From an uncultured Prolixibacteraceae bacterium (GTDB lineage Bacteria > Bacteroidota > Bacteroidia > Bacteroidales > Prolixibacteraceae): DNA of 64,000 bases. The notes beneath the pieces were generated by a model. The model was not told the origin of the DNA and searched no databases. It saw nothing but the letters and a program-made list of their open reading frames with translations. The position numbers and the translations under genes are program-made. Of the stretch, positions 30,993 to 40,420 are shown piece after piece; within the stretch, counting starts at the first letter, position 1; the number at the start of each line of letters is the position of its first letter. The stretch is from assembly GCA_964545315.1 (NCBI GenBank), contig CAZJGI010000004.1:11204-75203 (forward strand), written 5' to 3'.

Positions 30993-31523
30993 ATGATATT
31001 AAGAATAGTATGTTTGCTGGTTATTGCGTTTTACGGTTCCTCTGCACAGGAGTTGCTGATGCCGTTAGTTCCGGGATATGATTCGCTGATGACAGATACC
31101 GGCCATCATTATTTTTATCCTGTTATCCAAGAGAATATCTTTCTTCCACTTTCTGCACATACAGTAGAATTACCTGATTTTAATATTAAAGAAGAGTTAG
31201 GCCTGCGTAGAAATTATTTCATTTCAGAGTTTCCTTATGACAGGCTTGTTGCAGGCAATTTTTTTCCACTTTCTTTTGATATGGCATATCCCTTATTTAT
31301 ACACAATGGTGCTATATTAAGCGGAGCAAACTACAAACTTGGAGATCGATTATCTGTGGGAGGTTTCAGTTACGGCGGACACTCAATTTTTTCTGCCCCT
31401 TTCCCAAATCGTGGAGTTAATAATTTTGATTTTAGAGGTTCCACATTATTTATGCAATATAATATCTCCAAAAATTTTAAAATAGGTACCCATATTAATG
31501 TTACCCGATACCCGGGGTATTAG
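30993..31523 (+). CDS. Hypothetical secreted protein
   Basis: 176 aa. ATG start, with signal peptide MILRIVCLLVIAFYGSSAQ. I recognise no family. It is called only from ORF length, the signal peptide and position. Confidence 0.45.
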   Translation: MILRIVCLLVIAFYGSSAQELLMPLVPGYDSLMTDTGHHYFYPVIQENIFLPLSAHTVELPDFNIKEELGLRRNYFISEFPYDRLVAGNFFPLSFDMAYPLFIHNGAILSGANYKLGDRLSVGGFSYGGHSIFSAPFPNRGVNNFDFRGSTLFMQYNISKNFKIGTHINVTRYPGY

Positions 31524-31575
31524 AAAATTCCGGATAAGGGAAGTTTGTGATTTTACTAATTTACATGTCATTATA

Positions 31576-34500
31576 ATGTTAACTGTTTATAAAGCTTCTG
31601 CAGGATCAGGCAAGACATTTCATCTTGTTTTTGAATATATGAAGCTTCTGTTTATTGATCCGTTTAATTACCGGCACATTTTGGCCGTGACTTTTACCAA
31701 TAAGGCAGCTTTCGAAATGAAAAGCCGTATTCTGCGCCAGTTATTTTTACTTTCAGTTAATGAGGCTTCTCCCTATCTGAAATTATTGATGGAAGAATTA
31801 AAGCTTTCAGAAAAAAATATAAGGGAGAAAGCATTACGGGTATTACAAAATATCCTGCACGACTACAGCAGATTTTCAGTCAGCACGATTGATTCATTTA
31901 CTCAACGTATTATAAGAGCTTTTAACAGGGAAACAGGAATATCCCCTCAGTTTACCCTGGGTTTGGATAATGACCCAATACTAGATGAAGCAGTTGACCG
32001 CATGATTTCAAGATTAGATAGTGATAAACATCTGAGAGATTGGCTGGTAGGGTATAGTGAAGAAAAAATCAGAGAAAACCGGAGTCAGAGAATTGAAGAT
32101 GATATAAAATTTCTCGGCAGTGAGTTGTTCAGGGAAAAATTTCAGATTTTTTTCCCTGACAGTAAAGATTCAGAATATTCAAGGGAGAATATTGAAAGTA
32201 TACGAATTGAGTTGAATAAACTTATCTCCTGGTTTGAAAAGACACTTAAGCTGAAGGGGGTTAACGGAGTAAATGTTATCTTTTCAAATGGATTGGGGCC
32301 GGATGACTTTGCCGGGAAAAGCTATGGAATCGGAAATTTTTTTGTCAGGCTTTCAAAGGGGGTTATTCCTAACATTACCGATACTGTTTTGGCGTGTGCA
32401 GAGGATCCGGAGAAATGGTTTACACAAAAAAGTAATATTAAAGACAGGATCAGAAAAGTGGTTGAAGCTGAGCTGCGTCCTTTGTTAAAGGAAATTCTAA
32501 AATTTTATGAGGATAATGCACCACTCTTCAATGCATCTGTTGAAGTGTTGCGTCAACTAAGGGTGCTTGGTATTTTAACCGATCTTAAGGAGGAGATTAA
32601 AGATATTTTGCATGAGAAAGGGATTCTCCAGATTTCTGATTCCAATTTATTATTAAGCAAAATTATTGGTAATACAGATACCCCTTTTATTTATGAGAAA
32701 ACAGGTAACTGGTTCAATTATTATATAATTGATGAATTCCAGGATACATCCGGCTTGCAATGGAATAATTTTAAGCCACTTATTTCTAACGCCCTGTCTC
32801 AGGGATTTTCTGCTCTTATGGCTGGTGATGTTAAGCAGTCAATATACCGGTGGCGAAACAGTGACTGGAATATTCTGGCATCCGGGATTTATAATGATTT
32901 TCCCCAATACCCAATGAATGAAATAAGGCTTGGACATAACTGGCGAAGCAGAAACAATATCATCGATTTCAATAATGTAGTTACTGGTGAACTGATACAG
33001 GCTTTTAAAAAGTTTCTTTACGAAGATATTCAGGATGAAGTATATAAAGATAAACTTACGGACATATACAATAGTTATTTGCAAGAGCCTGGCATTATTG
33101 CGGATGAACGTAATGGTTTGGCAGAGGTTAATTTTCTTTCACCGGATGACTTTTCAAGTAATGCTGTTGATTTTTTAATCGAGCAGGTTAAGTACCTTCA
33201 GGACAGAGGGATCAGTGCATCATCAACAGCAATTTTGATAAGGAAGAATGACGAGGGGCCAGGTATAGTAGAAAAATTTCTGGCTGCATCAGGCCTTCCT
33301 GAAAATAAAGGATATAATTTGTCTGTAATATCCGGAGAGTCGCTTTTCCTGTATGTTTCCAAAGGTGTTAATGTGGTTATGCTGGCTGTCAGTTTACTTA
33401 TTGACCCGGAAAACAGGATCAATAAAACAGCTCTTCTCTATTTTTGGCTTTCATGGTTAAAACCCAATCTTAAGAAGGAGGAAGTGTTATTTGTTGAAGA
33501 GCAAGCTGACAACGGATATCCTCAAAACAATGATCCGGATTTTTTTCTGAATAAAGATGACCTGGATGCAGTATTTGAAAGTGAACTGGGTCGAAAAATA
33601 TCAATTCTAAAAGAGAAAGTTCTGTTACTATCGCCTGATGAAACAATATCAACTATTTGTAAGCTGTTTGGACTGTTCAACTTAAGGGCAGAATTACCTT
33701 TTTTACAAACCCTTATCGATAAGGCTGCTGAAATAAAGGCTTCGTATCCCAACGATCTTTCCAATTTGCTCTTATGGTGGAATGACAAGGGTTATAAAAT
33801 ATCAGTAAGTGTAAATGAAGATGTAGATGCCGTTAAGCTTCTTACTGTTCATAAAGCAAAAGGGCTTGAATTTGAAGCTGTGCTTTTACCATTTTTTAAC
33901 TGGGATACATCCCCGGCCGGGAACAGGGCTCCGTTGATTTGGTGTCATTCTGATATAAGCCCCTTTAACCGGTTCCCGTTAGTTCCGGTAAAGTTCACCT
34001 CCAGACTTGATAAAACTATTTTCAGAAATGATTACCTGAATGAAAAGGTCAATAGTTATATAGATACCCTTAATCTTGTATATGTTGCTTTAACAAGGGC
34101 AAAATCAGCACTTTTTGTTAGCTGCATTAATCCTGATGAAAAGAATATTAGTGGAAGAACTAAAAAAAATATTACAGCAATTAATTCTCTGCTGAGGTAT
34201 TCCCTGAACAAAATGGCGGCTGAAAATAAATTTGCAGACTGCTGGTATGAAGACAAGACTATATTCAGATATGGTAACCTTCCGACCCTTGTGAATGAGA
34301 AAATTGTAATGCATACAGACCATCCCGGAAAGTATCATTTTTATGATTTTCATGACAGGATCAGATTACGTTTATCAAATGAAGACTCTAGCAGTGAAGA
34401 AGATAAAACCAGGTCGGTGAAAAATACAGGTAAATTGGTTCATGAAATTTTGGCAGCAGTTGAAACAGCAGATGATTTTGAAAAAGCCTGTGATGCCGCA

Positions 34501-34839
34501 CTCGCTGAAGGAAAAGTCAATGTTACAGAAAGGGGAAAAATATTGAGTAAACTTAAAAAAGGCTTAAGACACCCTTTAATATGTGACTGGTTTTCGGGAA
34601 GGTACAGAGTGTTGAATGAACGCAATTTACTTACCCCTGAGGCAATCTTACGCCCTGACCGGATAATGATCAAGGGTGAAAAAGCTATTATAGTTGATTA
34701 TAAATGGGGGGAAAAGTTAACAGAAAAATACCACAGGCAGGTCAGCCGGTATGCAGGTATCCTTAAAAAGTGTGGAATTAAAGAGGTTGAAGCCTACGTA
34801 TGGTATATAAACCTTGGTGAAGTGCAAAAGGCAGGCTAA
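31576..34839 (+). CDS. UvrD/Rep-superfamily helicase fused to a C-terminal PD-(D/E)XK nuclease (AddA/RecB-like)
   Basis: ATG at 31576 gives MLTVYKASAGSGKTF (Walker A). Helicase motifs IIDEFQDTS, GDVKQSIYRWRNSD, NWRSRNNII, TVHKAKGLEFEAV and VYVALTRAK. C-terminal nuclease motif RPDRIMIKGEKAIIVDYKWGEK. Confidence 0.85.
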   Translation: MLTVYKASAGSGKTFHLVFEYMKLLFIDPFNYRHILAVTFTNKAAFEMKSRILRQLFLLSVNEASPYLKLLMEELKLSEKNIREKALRVLQNILHDYSRFSVSTIDSFTQRIIRAFNRETGISPQFTLGLDNDPILDEAVDRMISRLDSDKHLRDWLVGYSEEKIRENRSQRIEDDIKFLGSELFREKFQIFFPDSKDSEYSRENIESIRIELNKLISWFEKTLKLKGVNGVNVIFSNGLGPDDFAGKSYGIGNFFVRLSKGVIPNITDTVLACAEDPEKWFTQKSNIKDRIRKVVEAELRPLLKEILKFYEDNAPLFNASVEVLRQLRVLGILTDLKEEIKDILHEKGILQISDSNLLLSKIIGNTDTPFIYEKTGNWFNYYIIDEFQDTSGLQWNNFKPLISNALSQGFSALMAGDVKQSIYRWRNSDWNILASGIYNDFPQYPMNEIRLGHNWRSRNNIIDFNNVVTGELIQAFKKFLYEDIQDEVYKDKLTDIYNSYLQEPGIIADERNGLAEVNFLSPDDFSSNAVDFLIEQVKYLQDRGISASSTAILIRKNDEGPGIVEKFLAASGLPENKGYNLSVISGESLFLYVSKGVNVVMLAVSLLIDPENRINKTALLYFWLSWLKPNLKKEEVLFVEEQADNGYPQNNDPDFFLNKDDLDAVFESELGRKISILKEKVLLLSPDETISTICKLFGLFNLRAELPFLQTLIDKAAEIKASYPNDLSNLLLWWNDKGYKISVSVNEDVDAVKLLTVHKAKGLEFEAVLLPFFNWDTSPAGNRAPLIWCHSDISPFNRFPLVPVKFTSRLDKTIFRNDYLNEKVNSYIDTLNLVYVALTRAKSALFVSCINPDEKNISGRTKKNITAINSLLRYSLNKMAAENKFADCWYEDKTIFRYGNLPTLVNEKIVMHTDHPGKYHFYDFHDRIRLRLSNEDSSSEEDKTRSVKNTGKLVHEILAAVETADDFEKACDAALAEGKVNVTERGKILSKLKKGLRHPLICDWFSGRYRVLNERNLLTPEAILRPDRIMIKGEKAIIVDYKWGEKLTEKYHRQVSRYAGILKKCGIKEVEAYVWYINLGEVQKAG

Positions 34840-34855
34840 AAGTAACTGCCGGCTG

Positions 34856-34873
34856 CCCGGATTGGTTACCGGG
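34856..34873 (+). terminator. Possible intrinsic terminator after the helicase-nuclease gene
   Basis: CCCGG-attggtta-CCGGG hairpin 17 nt after the stop, followed by AAAAATTATTTTTATTTTTG. The stem is short. Confidence 0.3.
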
Positions 34874-34923
34874 AAAAATTATTTTTATTTTTGTACTCTA
34901 AAGAAAATTATTTTTTTAAGACA

Positions 34924-35367
34924 ATGATCCAAAGATTACAGACTATTTTTATTTTTTTAGCAGCTGTTATTACAGTATCAATGCTAAAAACCAATTTTGC
35001 TGAAATGGCCGTAAGTAGCGAGATATATAATTTTAGTGCAAAAGGAATATTCAAAGGGGATGAAATGGTTTTTAACGGTTTACCCCTTATGATATTCATA
35101 GGCCTGGTAGCACTAATCCATATCATCGTGATCTTTCTTTTCAAGAAACGTATCCTTCAAATAAGGATTCTGGTATTTACTATTATTTTATTGATCGGGC
35201 TTACCGGTCTGATGTTGTATTTTATAAATGCAGCATTTGATAAGGTGAGCGTGGTTTATAAAATACCCTTGGTCCTTCCTGTGGTAGCCGCAATTTTGGA
35301 CTACCTTGCAATCAGGGCTATTGGTAGGGATGAAGCCCTGGTAAGAAGTATTGACAGGATAAGATAA
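34924..35367 (+). CDS. Small polytopic membrane protein (DUF4293-like)
   Basis: ATG at 34924 gives MIQRLQTIFIFLAAVITVSML. Four predicted TM helices. The family assignment is from memory of the MIQRIQT... N-terminus. Confidence 0.55.
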   Translation: MIQRLQTIFIFLAAVITVSMLKTNFAEMAVSSEIYNFSAKGIFKGDEMVFNGLPLMIFIGLVALIHIIVIFLFKKRILQIRILVFTIILLIGLTGLMLYFINAAFDKVSVVYKIPLVLPVVAAILDYLAIRAIGRDEALVRSIDRIR

Positions 35368-35385
35368 GAAGGAAAGTTCCTTGTT

Positions 35386-35799
35386 TTACAGCGATGCCCA
35401 TATTCTGGCCAGAGAATGTCCGGGAGCTTTTATGTTAAGATCGAGGAAGTATCCAAAAGGAGTTTGGGCCGTAGTATAACCACCATTTTTAAGCCTGGCC
35501 TCAGCCATGTCAAATAATTCTTTGGTAAATTCAGCAGATGCCTTGGAATCAGCTAGATGGGCAAAAGAATGAAGAATTATTTTTTTGCAGTTATTTTTCC
35601 TAGCCGTCCATTTTAAATGGTTAACCAACTTTTTCTCCCTGCTCTTTAAATTAAATTCTTCATCACTTTGTTCTACCTGGATAAAAGCAAGAATGCTATC
35701 GGTATAACTTTCTCCTTTTGTCACCTCGTCTGCATTTTCAAGGTTTTTTTGGGCAGGTGACCAGCTGAATTCATCAACATAAATAACTAATACCTTCAT
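35386..35799 (-). CDS. Free-standing homologue of the archaeal threonyl-tRNA synthetase editing domain (tRNA-Thr_ED, DTD-like fold)
   Basis: ATG at 35799 (the track start at 35832 is TTG). 137 aa. MKVLVIYVDEF..., ILAFIQVE, IILHSFAHLADS and TPFGYFLDLNIKAPGHSLARI line up with the Pyrococcus ThrRS N-terminal editing domain as I recall it ([47 protein letters not shown]). Confidence 0.65.
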   Translation of the reverse strand: MKVLVIYVDEFSWSPAQKNLENADEVTKGESYTDSILAFIQVEQSDEEFNLKSREKKLVNHLKWTARKNNCKKIILHSFAHLADSKASAEFTKELFDMAEARLKNGGYTTAQTPFGYFLDLNIKAPGHSLARIWASL

Positions 35800-35898
35800 G
35801 TTAAAATAGCTTTTATATAAAATTAAGATCAATAACTTACAAATTAATTATTATAATACAAATATTTTTATTTGATATTTATTTTTGTTTCAATGAGA

Positions 35899-35987
35899 GA
35901 AGGGAATAATTGAATATGGAAGATTTGGAGTTTATATTATATCTGATCCGTTCACTGAAGTAAACGGCAAAGGATAAGGCCCTGAAC
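35899..35987 (+). repeat. REP-like structured intergenic repeat, copy A
   Basis: GAAGGGAA...GGAGTTTATATT...ATCCGTTCACTGAAGTAAACGGCAAAGGATAAGGCCCTGAAC. The 40-nt core at 35948..35987 matches the reverse complement of 63763..63802 at 38 of 40 positions (my count). Confidence 0.65.
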
Positions 35988-36042
35988 TTGTTTATTAAAA
36001 ATTCATGTTTTATTTTTTATGCAATTGATTAACATTAAATAT

Positions 36043-36050
36043 TAACTTTG
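36043..36050 (+). promoter_or_regulatory. Candidate -7 promoter box (TAACTTTG) for the protease/ABC operon
   Basis: Matches TAnnTTTG, 17 nt upstream of the ATG at 36067. Confidence 0.3.
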
Positions 36051-36066
36051 GCAAAAAAGAAAAATA

Positions 36067-38241
36067 ATGCGATGGTTATTTATAACGGCCATATATATAC
36101 TTTCAACATTAAATGCTAATAGCCAGCTTTCACAAGGAGGGAGGCCGATACAGGTACCTGTCCTTAAAAGCAGGGGAATACCGGAGAAAGTAATGCCGGC
36201 AGTAAACAACAAAGAATTATTAATGCTTGCAAATGGTGAGAGGGGAAGAGATGCTTTTTTGAAGCCTTTACGATTTGCAAAAAGTTTTGATGTCTCCATT
36301 TCTCCCTCTAATGAAGGAGTATGGATTTCCAATATTGAGGGGTATGATATCTGGTTATTAAAGATCAGGTCAGAGGGTGCGTTTTCGATTAATATTATTT
36401 TTGATGAATTTCATCTGCCCGGAGGAACCAGGCTTTTCCTTTATAATCCCATAGAGGGACATTATCTTGGCGCCTTTACTGCGGCTAATAACAAAGAATT
36501 CAGAAAGTTTGCCGTGTCACCGGTTGCGGGTGATGAGGTTACCATTCAATATGAAGTGCCGGCAGGGCTTGTCGACAGGAATAACTTTATAGTCAGACAG
36601 GTTAACCATGATTTTCTGGGGATTCTAAAATATGATGAAAGAAGGCCAACGGGAAAATTGCCTGGTTATTGCAATATAGATATTAACTGTGAAATTGCAG
36701 AAGACTATACTGATCTGAAAGATGCAGTATGCAGGTTAATTGTGGGCAGTGATATCTGTACCGGTACACTGATTAATAATACATCGGAAGATCAGTCCCC
36801 ATACATTATTACGGCAGCCCATTGTTTTGACAAGCCTCAGGATGCAATGACAGCAGTTTTTACTTTTAACTATGAAAGTCCATATTGTGCTGTCCTGGAT
36901 GGAGATCCTTCCAATTCAATTTCCGGTGCTTTAATGCGTGCTCATAATGATAGTCTGGATTTCGCCCTTGTTGAGTTAAGTGAGTTTCCTCCCCCGGAGT
37001 TCAGACCATATTTTGCCGGTTGGGATCATAGTGGTAATATCCCTGATTCTACTACATGCATAAGTCATCCCGAAGGCCACATAAAAAAGATTGCCTTCGA
37101 TCTTGATGAACCTGTTATTCATACTATTGGCCCCAGCTACACAAAAAATGGTTTTTTGAGGGTTATTCGCTGGGACAGGGGGGTAACCGAGAGGGGATCT
37201 TCCGGGGGGCCTTTTTTTAATCCGTCACAGCAAGTAATCGGGACACTTACCGGTGGTGATGCCCTCTGCTCGGATCCTGAAAATGATTACTTTTCCCGTT
37301 TTGATATGGCATGGAATTTCCGGCCTGATTCCTCAAGTCAGTTGAAATACTGGCTTGACCCTGTTAATGCCAATGTAAAATCACTGAAGGGAAAGAGATT
37401 TAATACCGGAGAAAATTTATGTAAGGCATTTACTAACCTTAATGACAAAGATTTACATAAGAATGTACCACTGTTAGAGGAGGGAAAGTTTGCAGGTTAT
37501 TGGGGAGGCTCGAATAATACCGGCATCACAACAATAGCAGAAAGGTTTACAATACCGGGGAATGAGCAACTTCACGGTGTCTCCCTTGGAATTGGGAAAA
37601 TAAATGTCAGTAGTAACAGGTCGGGTAGTGAAATTATTGTAAAAGTTTTTAATGGTAAGGCATTGCCGGAAGAATTAATACATTCAGAAACTGTAAGTAT
37701 CAGCGGCCTCTCCCCTGATGCTATGAATTTTATCGGATTTAGCGAAACGGTCGAACCGGCTGATACATTTTTTATTGGTATTGACCTGACAAATATCCAA
37801 CCGGCTGATACTTTTGTACTGTTTCAATCAGTTCGTTTGCAGGGAAATGTAAATTCATTTGTTTTTGCAGAAAACGCGATATGGTACGATTTTAAGGATG
37901 CAAATACAGAGAATTATTCAATGGCGAATGTTATGGAACTGATTGCCTGTAATGTAGATGATTTTGTTAATGATACACCGTTAATAAATAATCCTGTGGA
38001 AGCATTGGTATATCCTAATCCCTCAGGTGAGATATTTACTTTTGAGGCCGGTCAGAATATTGATCCGAAGAATTTGAGAGTCTTTAATCTTATAGGACAG
38101 GAGGTAAAAGTAAATTTTTTTCAAGTTACTGATAGAAAGATAAGAATTGACTTGTCAGGGAATAATCCGGGGATTTATTTTATTAAATTTATTACATCTA
38201 AAGTCACAATTGTGAAAAAAGTATCATATATTCCATGGTAA
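36067..38241 (+). CDS. Secreted S1-family serine endopeptidase (lysyl-endopeptidase-like) with a T9SS C-terminal sorting domain
   Basis: 724 aa. Signal peptide MRWLFITAIYILSTLNANSQ. Catalytic triad contexts CTGTLINN...YIITAAHCF, DFALVEL and GSSGGPFF. The C-terminal ~80 aa (LVYPNPSGEIFTFEAG...LRVFNLIGQEV...GIYFIKFITSKVTIVKKV) fit the Por secretion tail. Confidence 0.8.
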   Translation: MRWLFITAIYILSTLNANSQLSQGGRPIQVPVLKSRGIPEKVMPAVNNKELLMLANGERGRDAFLKPLRFAKSFDVSISPSNEGVWISNIEGYDIWLLKIRSEGAFSINIIFDEFHLPGGTRLFLYNPIEGHYLGAFTAANNKEFRKFAVSPVAGDEVTIQYEVPAGLVDRNNFIVRQVNHDFLGILKYDERRPTGKLPGYCNIDINCEIAEDYTDLKDAVCRLIVGSDICTGTLINNTSEDQSPYIITAAHCFDKPQDAMTAVFTFNYESPYCAVLDGDPSNSISGALMRAHNDSLDFALVELSEFPPPEFRPYFAGWDHSGNIPDSTTCISHPEGHIKKIAFDLDEPVIHTIGPSYTKNGFLRVIRWDRGVTERGSSGGPFFNPSQQVIGTLTGGDALCSDPENDYFSRFDMAWNFRPDSSSQLKYWLDPVNANVKSLKGKRFNTGENLCKAFTNLNDKDLHKNVPLLEEGKFAGYWGGSNNTGITTIAERFTIPGNEQLHGVSLGIGKINVSSNRSGSEIIVKVFNGKALPEELIHSETVSISGLSPDAMNFIGFSETVEPADTFFIGIDLTNIQPADTFVLFQSVRLQGNVNSFVFAENAIWYDFKDANTENYSMANVMELIACNVDDFVNDTPLINNPVEALVYPNPSGEIFTFEAGQNIDPKNLRVFNLIGQEVKVNFFQVTDRKIRIDLSGNNPGIYFIKFITSKVTIVKKVSYIPW

Positions 38242-39374
38242 TCAGGCAGATTAAATGTTTTTCAATACTGGTATTTCTGATTTTTCTTGTTGCAGGTTGT
38301 TCGGCTCCCGTTGAACAAAATAATTTTATCAGGAGTTCTAACAGATATGCCCGGGGATTCAAAATAGAGAGGTTTGAAAATTATAATAAACTTATTATTC
38401 TGAATCCCTGGGAAAAAGCTGAAAATATTGCGTTTGAATATGCCCTGGTAAGTAAAAAAAATAACGTGCCGGATTCTCTGGCACTAATGAAGGTTGTCAG
38501 GACTCCTGTGCGCAGGGTTATTTGTCTTTCGACCACGCACCTTGCTTTTTTAGATGCTTTGAATGAGAATAATTCTATAGTAGGTATTTCCGGTGAAAAA
38601 TATATTTACAATCCCCTGATAAGAGACAGGTATGAAAAAGGACTACTTTTTGATGTCGGATACGGACAGAATCTGAACTATGAACTTATTATAAGTCAGA
38701 ACCCCGACCTTGTTATGGTTTACGGAATAGGGGGTGAAATCACAGGATATGTAAATAAACTTCAGGAGTTGGGAGTCCCGGTTATTATTGCAGCGGAGTA
38801 TCTTGAGCAGTCCCCGTTAGGAAAGGCAGAATGGATAAAATTTATAGGCGCTCTCTTTGAGAAAGAAGAAATGGCTGAACAAATTTTCAGTCACATAGAA
38901 AAGGAATATCTCCAACTTAAAGATATGGCTTCAGATATTGCCCGTAAACCGATGGTGATGGTAGGCTCTTTATATAAAGATCAGTGGTGGGTGCCCGGAG
39001 GAAATTCCTATATGGCAAATCTTATTTCTGATGCAGGGGGTGAGTATATCGGAAGAGGAAATAATTCAAATGAGAGCTATGTAATTTCATTTGAAAATGC
39101 CCTTGTTTGGGCTGATAAGGCTGATATCTGGATCAATATGGCAAATATGGCCTCCAGGAAGGAAATTCTGGCCTCAGACGAAAGATTTGCGTCCTTCGGT
39201 GTTTTCAGAGAAGGTAAGATTTTCAACAATATAAAGAGATTGAGCATTCAGGGGGGAAATGATTTTTGGGAAAGTGGTACTGTCAATCCACATAAAATAC
39301 TTCGCGATTTAATAATAGCTTTCCACCCCGGAGTCATGAATGCTGAAATGACATACTATACTGAGATCAGATGA
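38235..39374 (+). CDS. Lipoprotein substrate-binding protein of a FecB/BtuF-type (metal-chelate) ABC importer
   Basis: 379 aa. Lipobox FLVAGCSAP and class III periplasmic-binding-protein features (RVICLSTTHLAFLDAL, PDLVMVYG). ATG at 38235 overlaps the protease stop (ATGGTAA). Confidence 0.82.
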   Translation: MVIRQIKCFSILVFLIFLVAGCSAPVEQNNFIRSSNRYARGFKIERFENYNKLIILNPWEKAENIAFEYALVSKKNNVPDSLALMKVVRTPVRRVICLSTTHLAFLDALNENNSIVGISGEKYIYNPLIRDRYEKGLLFDVGYGQNLNYELIISQNPDLVMVYGIGGEITGYVNKLQELGVPVIIAAEYLEQSPLGKAEWIKFIGALFEKEEMAEQIFSHIEKEYLQLKDMASDIARKPMVMVGSLYKDQWWVPGGNSYMANLISDAGGEYIGRGNNSNESYVISFENALVWADKADIWINMANMASRKEILASDERFASFGVFREGKIFNNIKRLSIQGGNDFWESGTVNPHKILRDLIIAFHPGVMNAEMTYYTEIR

Positions 39375-40420
39375 ATAATGCCGTATTAAATAAAAGGAGG
39401 CCACCTCAACCATTTTTTTTAATTCTGGGAGGTTTGTTCATTCTTTTTTTTATTGCAGATTTGATGTTAGGGTCTGTAATAATTTCCCCCGGACAAGTTC
39501 TCCGGTCATTATTAACTTCAACCGATGAAGCAGATACGTTTCGCACTATCGTTTTAGAATTGCGATTACCAAAAGCCTTAACGGCAATATTCACCGGTGC
39601 TGCCTTGTCATTAAGCGGATTACAGATGCAAACGGTTTTCCGTAATCCTTTAGCTGGTCCATATGTGTTAGGGATCAGTGCAGGGGCAAGTCTTGGAGTT
39701 GCGATTTTTGTGATGGGTTTTTCACCCCTTCTGGCAGCGGGCATTTTCAGTTTTTCCGGATCCTGGCCTCTTGCACTCGTAGCCTGGGCCGGCTCATTCA
39801 TGGTATTGTTGCTGGTACTGTATGTGTCAACGCGTGTAAAAGATATAATGACAATACTTATATTGGGCATTCTTTTTACAGGAGCCGTAACGGCCATAGT
39901 CAGTATTATGCAATATTTCAGCAATGAATCACTGTTGAAGGCATTTATTATCTGGACTATGGGAAGTTTGGGAAGTGTTACCATGTCGCAGCTTACAGTA
40001 TTAATACCTGCTGTCCTTGCAGGTATAGTATTGGCATTTATAGAGATCAAAGATCTCAATGCATTTCTTCTGGGAGAGAACTATGCCAGGTCACTTGGAG
40101 TTTCTGTGCTCACCGGCAGGATCGTTATATTTTTGAGTACAAGCCTTTTAGCCGGTACAATTACTGCTTTTTGCGGACCTATAGGATTTATTGGTATTGC
40201 AGTTCCCCATATTTGCCGTGTTCTTTTCAGGACTGCTGATCATCTCATACTGTTGCCGGCTGTTATACTTGCCGGCAGTATAGTTATGCTTTTCAGCGAT
40301 ATTGTTTCACAGCTGCCGGGTATGCAGGCTACTCTCCCTGTTAACTCAGTCACCGCTCTTATCGGAATCCCGGTTATTATCTGGATGATTGTAAAAAATA
40401 AGCATTTTGTATCTGTATGA
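39371..40420 (+). CDS. FecCD/BtuC-family ABC importer permease
   Basis: 349 aa. About 9 to 10 TM helices, with typical LRLPKALTAIFTGAALSLSGLQMQTVFRNPLAGPYVLGISAGASLG. ATGA overlap with the upstream gene. Confidence 0.9.
   Translation: MNNAVLNKRRPPQPFFLILGGLFILFFIADLMLGSVIISPGQVLRSLLTSTDEADTFRTIVLELRLPKALTAIFTGAALSLSGLQMQTVFRNPLAGPYVLGISAGASLGVAIFVMGFSPLLAAGIFSFSGSWPLALVAWAGSFMVLLLVLYVSTRVKDIMTILILGILFTGAVTAIVSIMQYFSNESLLKAFIIWTMGSLGSVTMSQLTVLIPAVLAGIVLAFIEIKDLNAFLLGENYARSLGVSVLTGRIVIFLSTSLLAGTITAFCGPIGFIGIAVPHICRVLFRTADHLILLPAVILAGSIVMLFSDIVSQLPGMQATLPVNSVTALIGIPVIIWMIVKNKHFVSV

Noticed and set aside
31498-31575. Apparent 26-nt overlap between the 176-aa ORF and the helicase ORF, which could suggest a frameshifted fusion
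   Set aside because: The helicase has a natural ATG at 31576 directly preceding its Walker A motif (MLTVYKASAGSGKTF). The upstream extension is just the longest open frame, so no frameshift is needed.
35800-36066. Looked for a cobalamin riboswitch or other leader RNA upstream of the protease/ABC importer operon
   Set aside because: The region is AT-rich. It contains only the REP-like repeat and a candidate promoter box, with no B12-box-like GC-rich core visible. Only a covariance-model scan could exclude it formally.
39406-40059. 217-aa ORF antisense to the FecCD permease gene
   Set aside because: It is entirely contained within a strongly supported membrane-protein gene. Its sequence is low-complexity and Ala/Pro/Thr/Asn-rich, typical of the antisense frame of a hydrophobic gene, and I recognised no motif.
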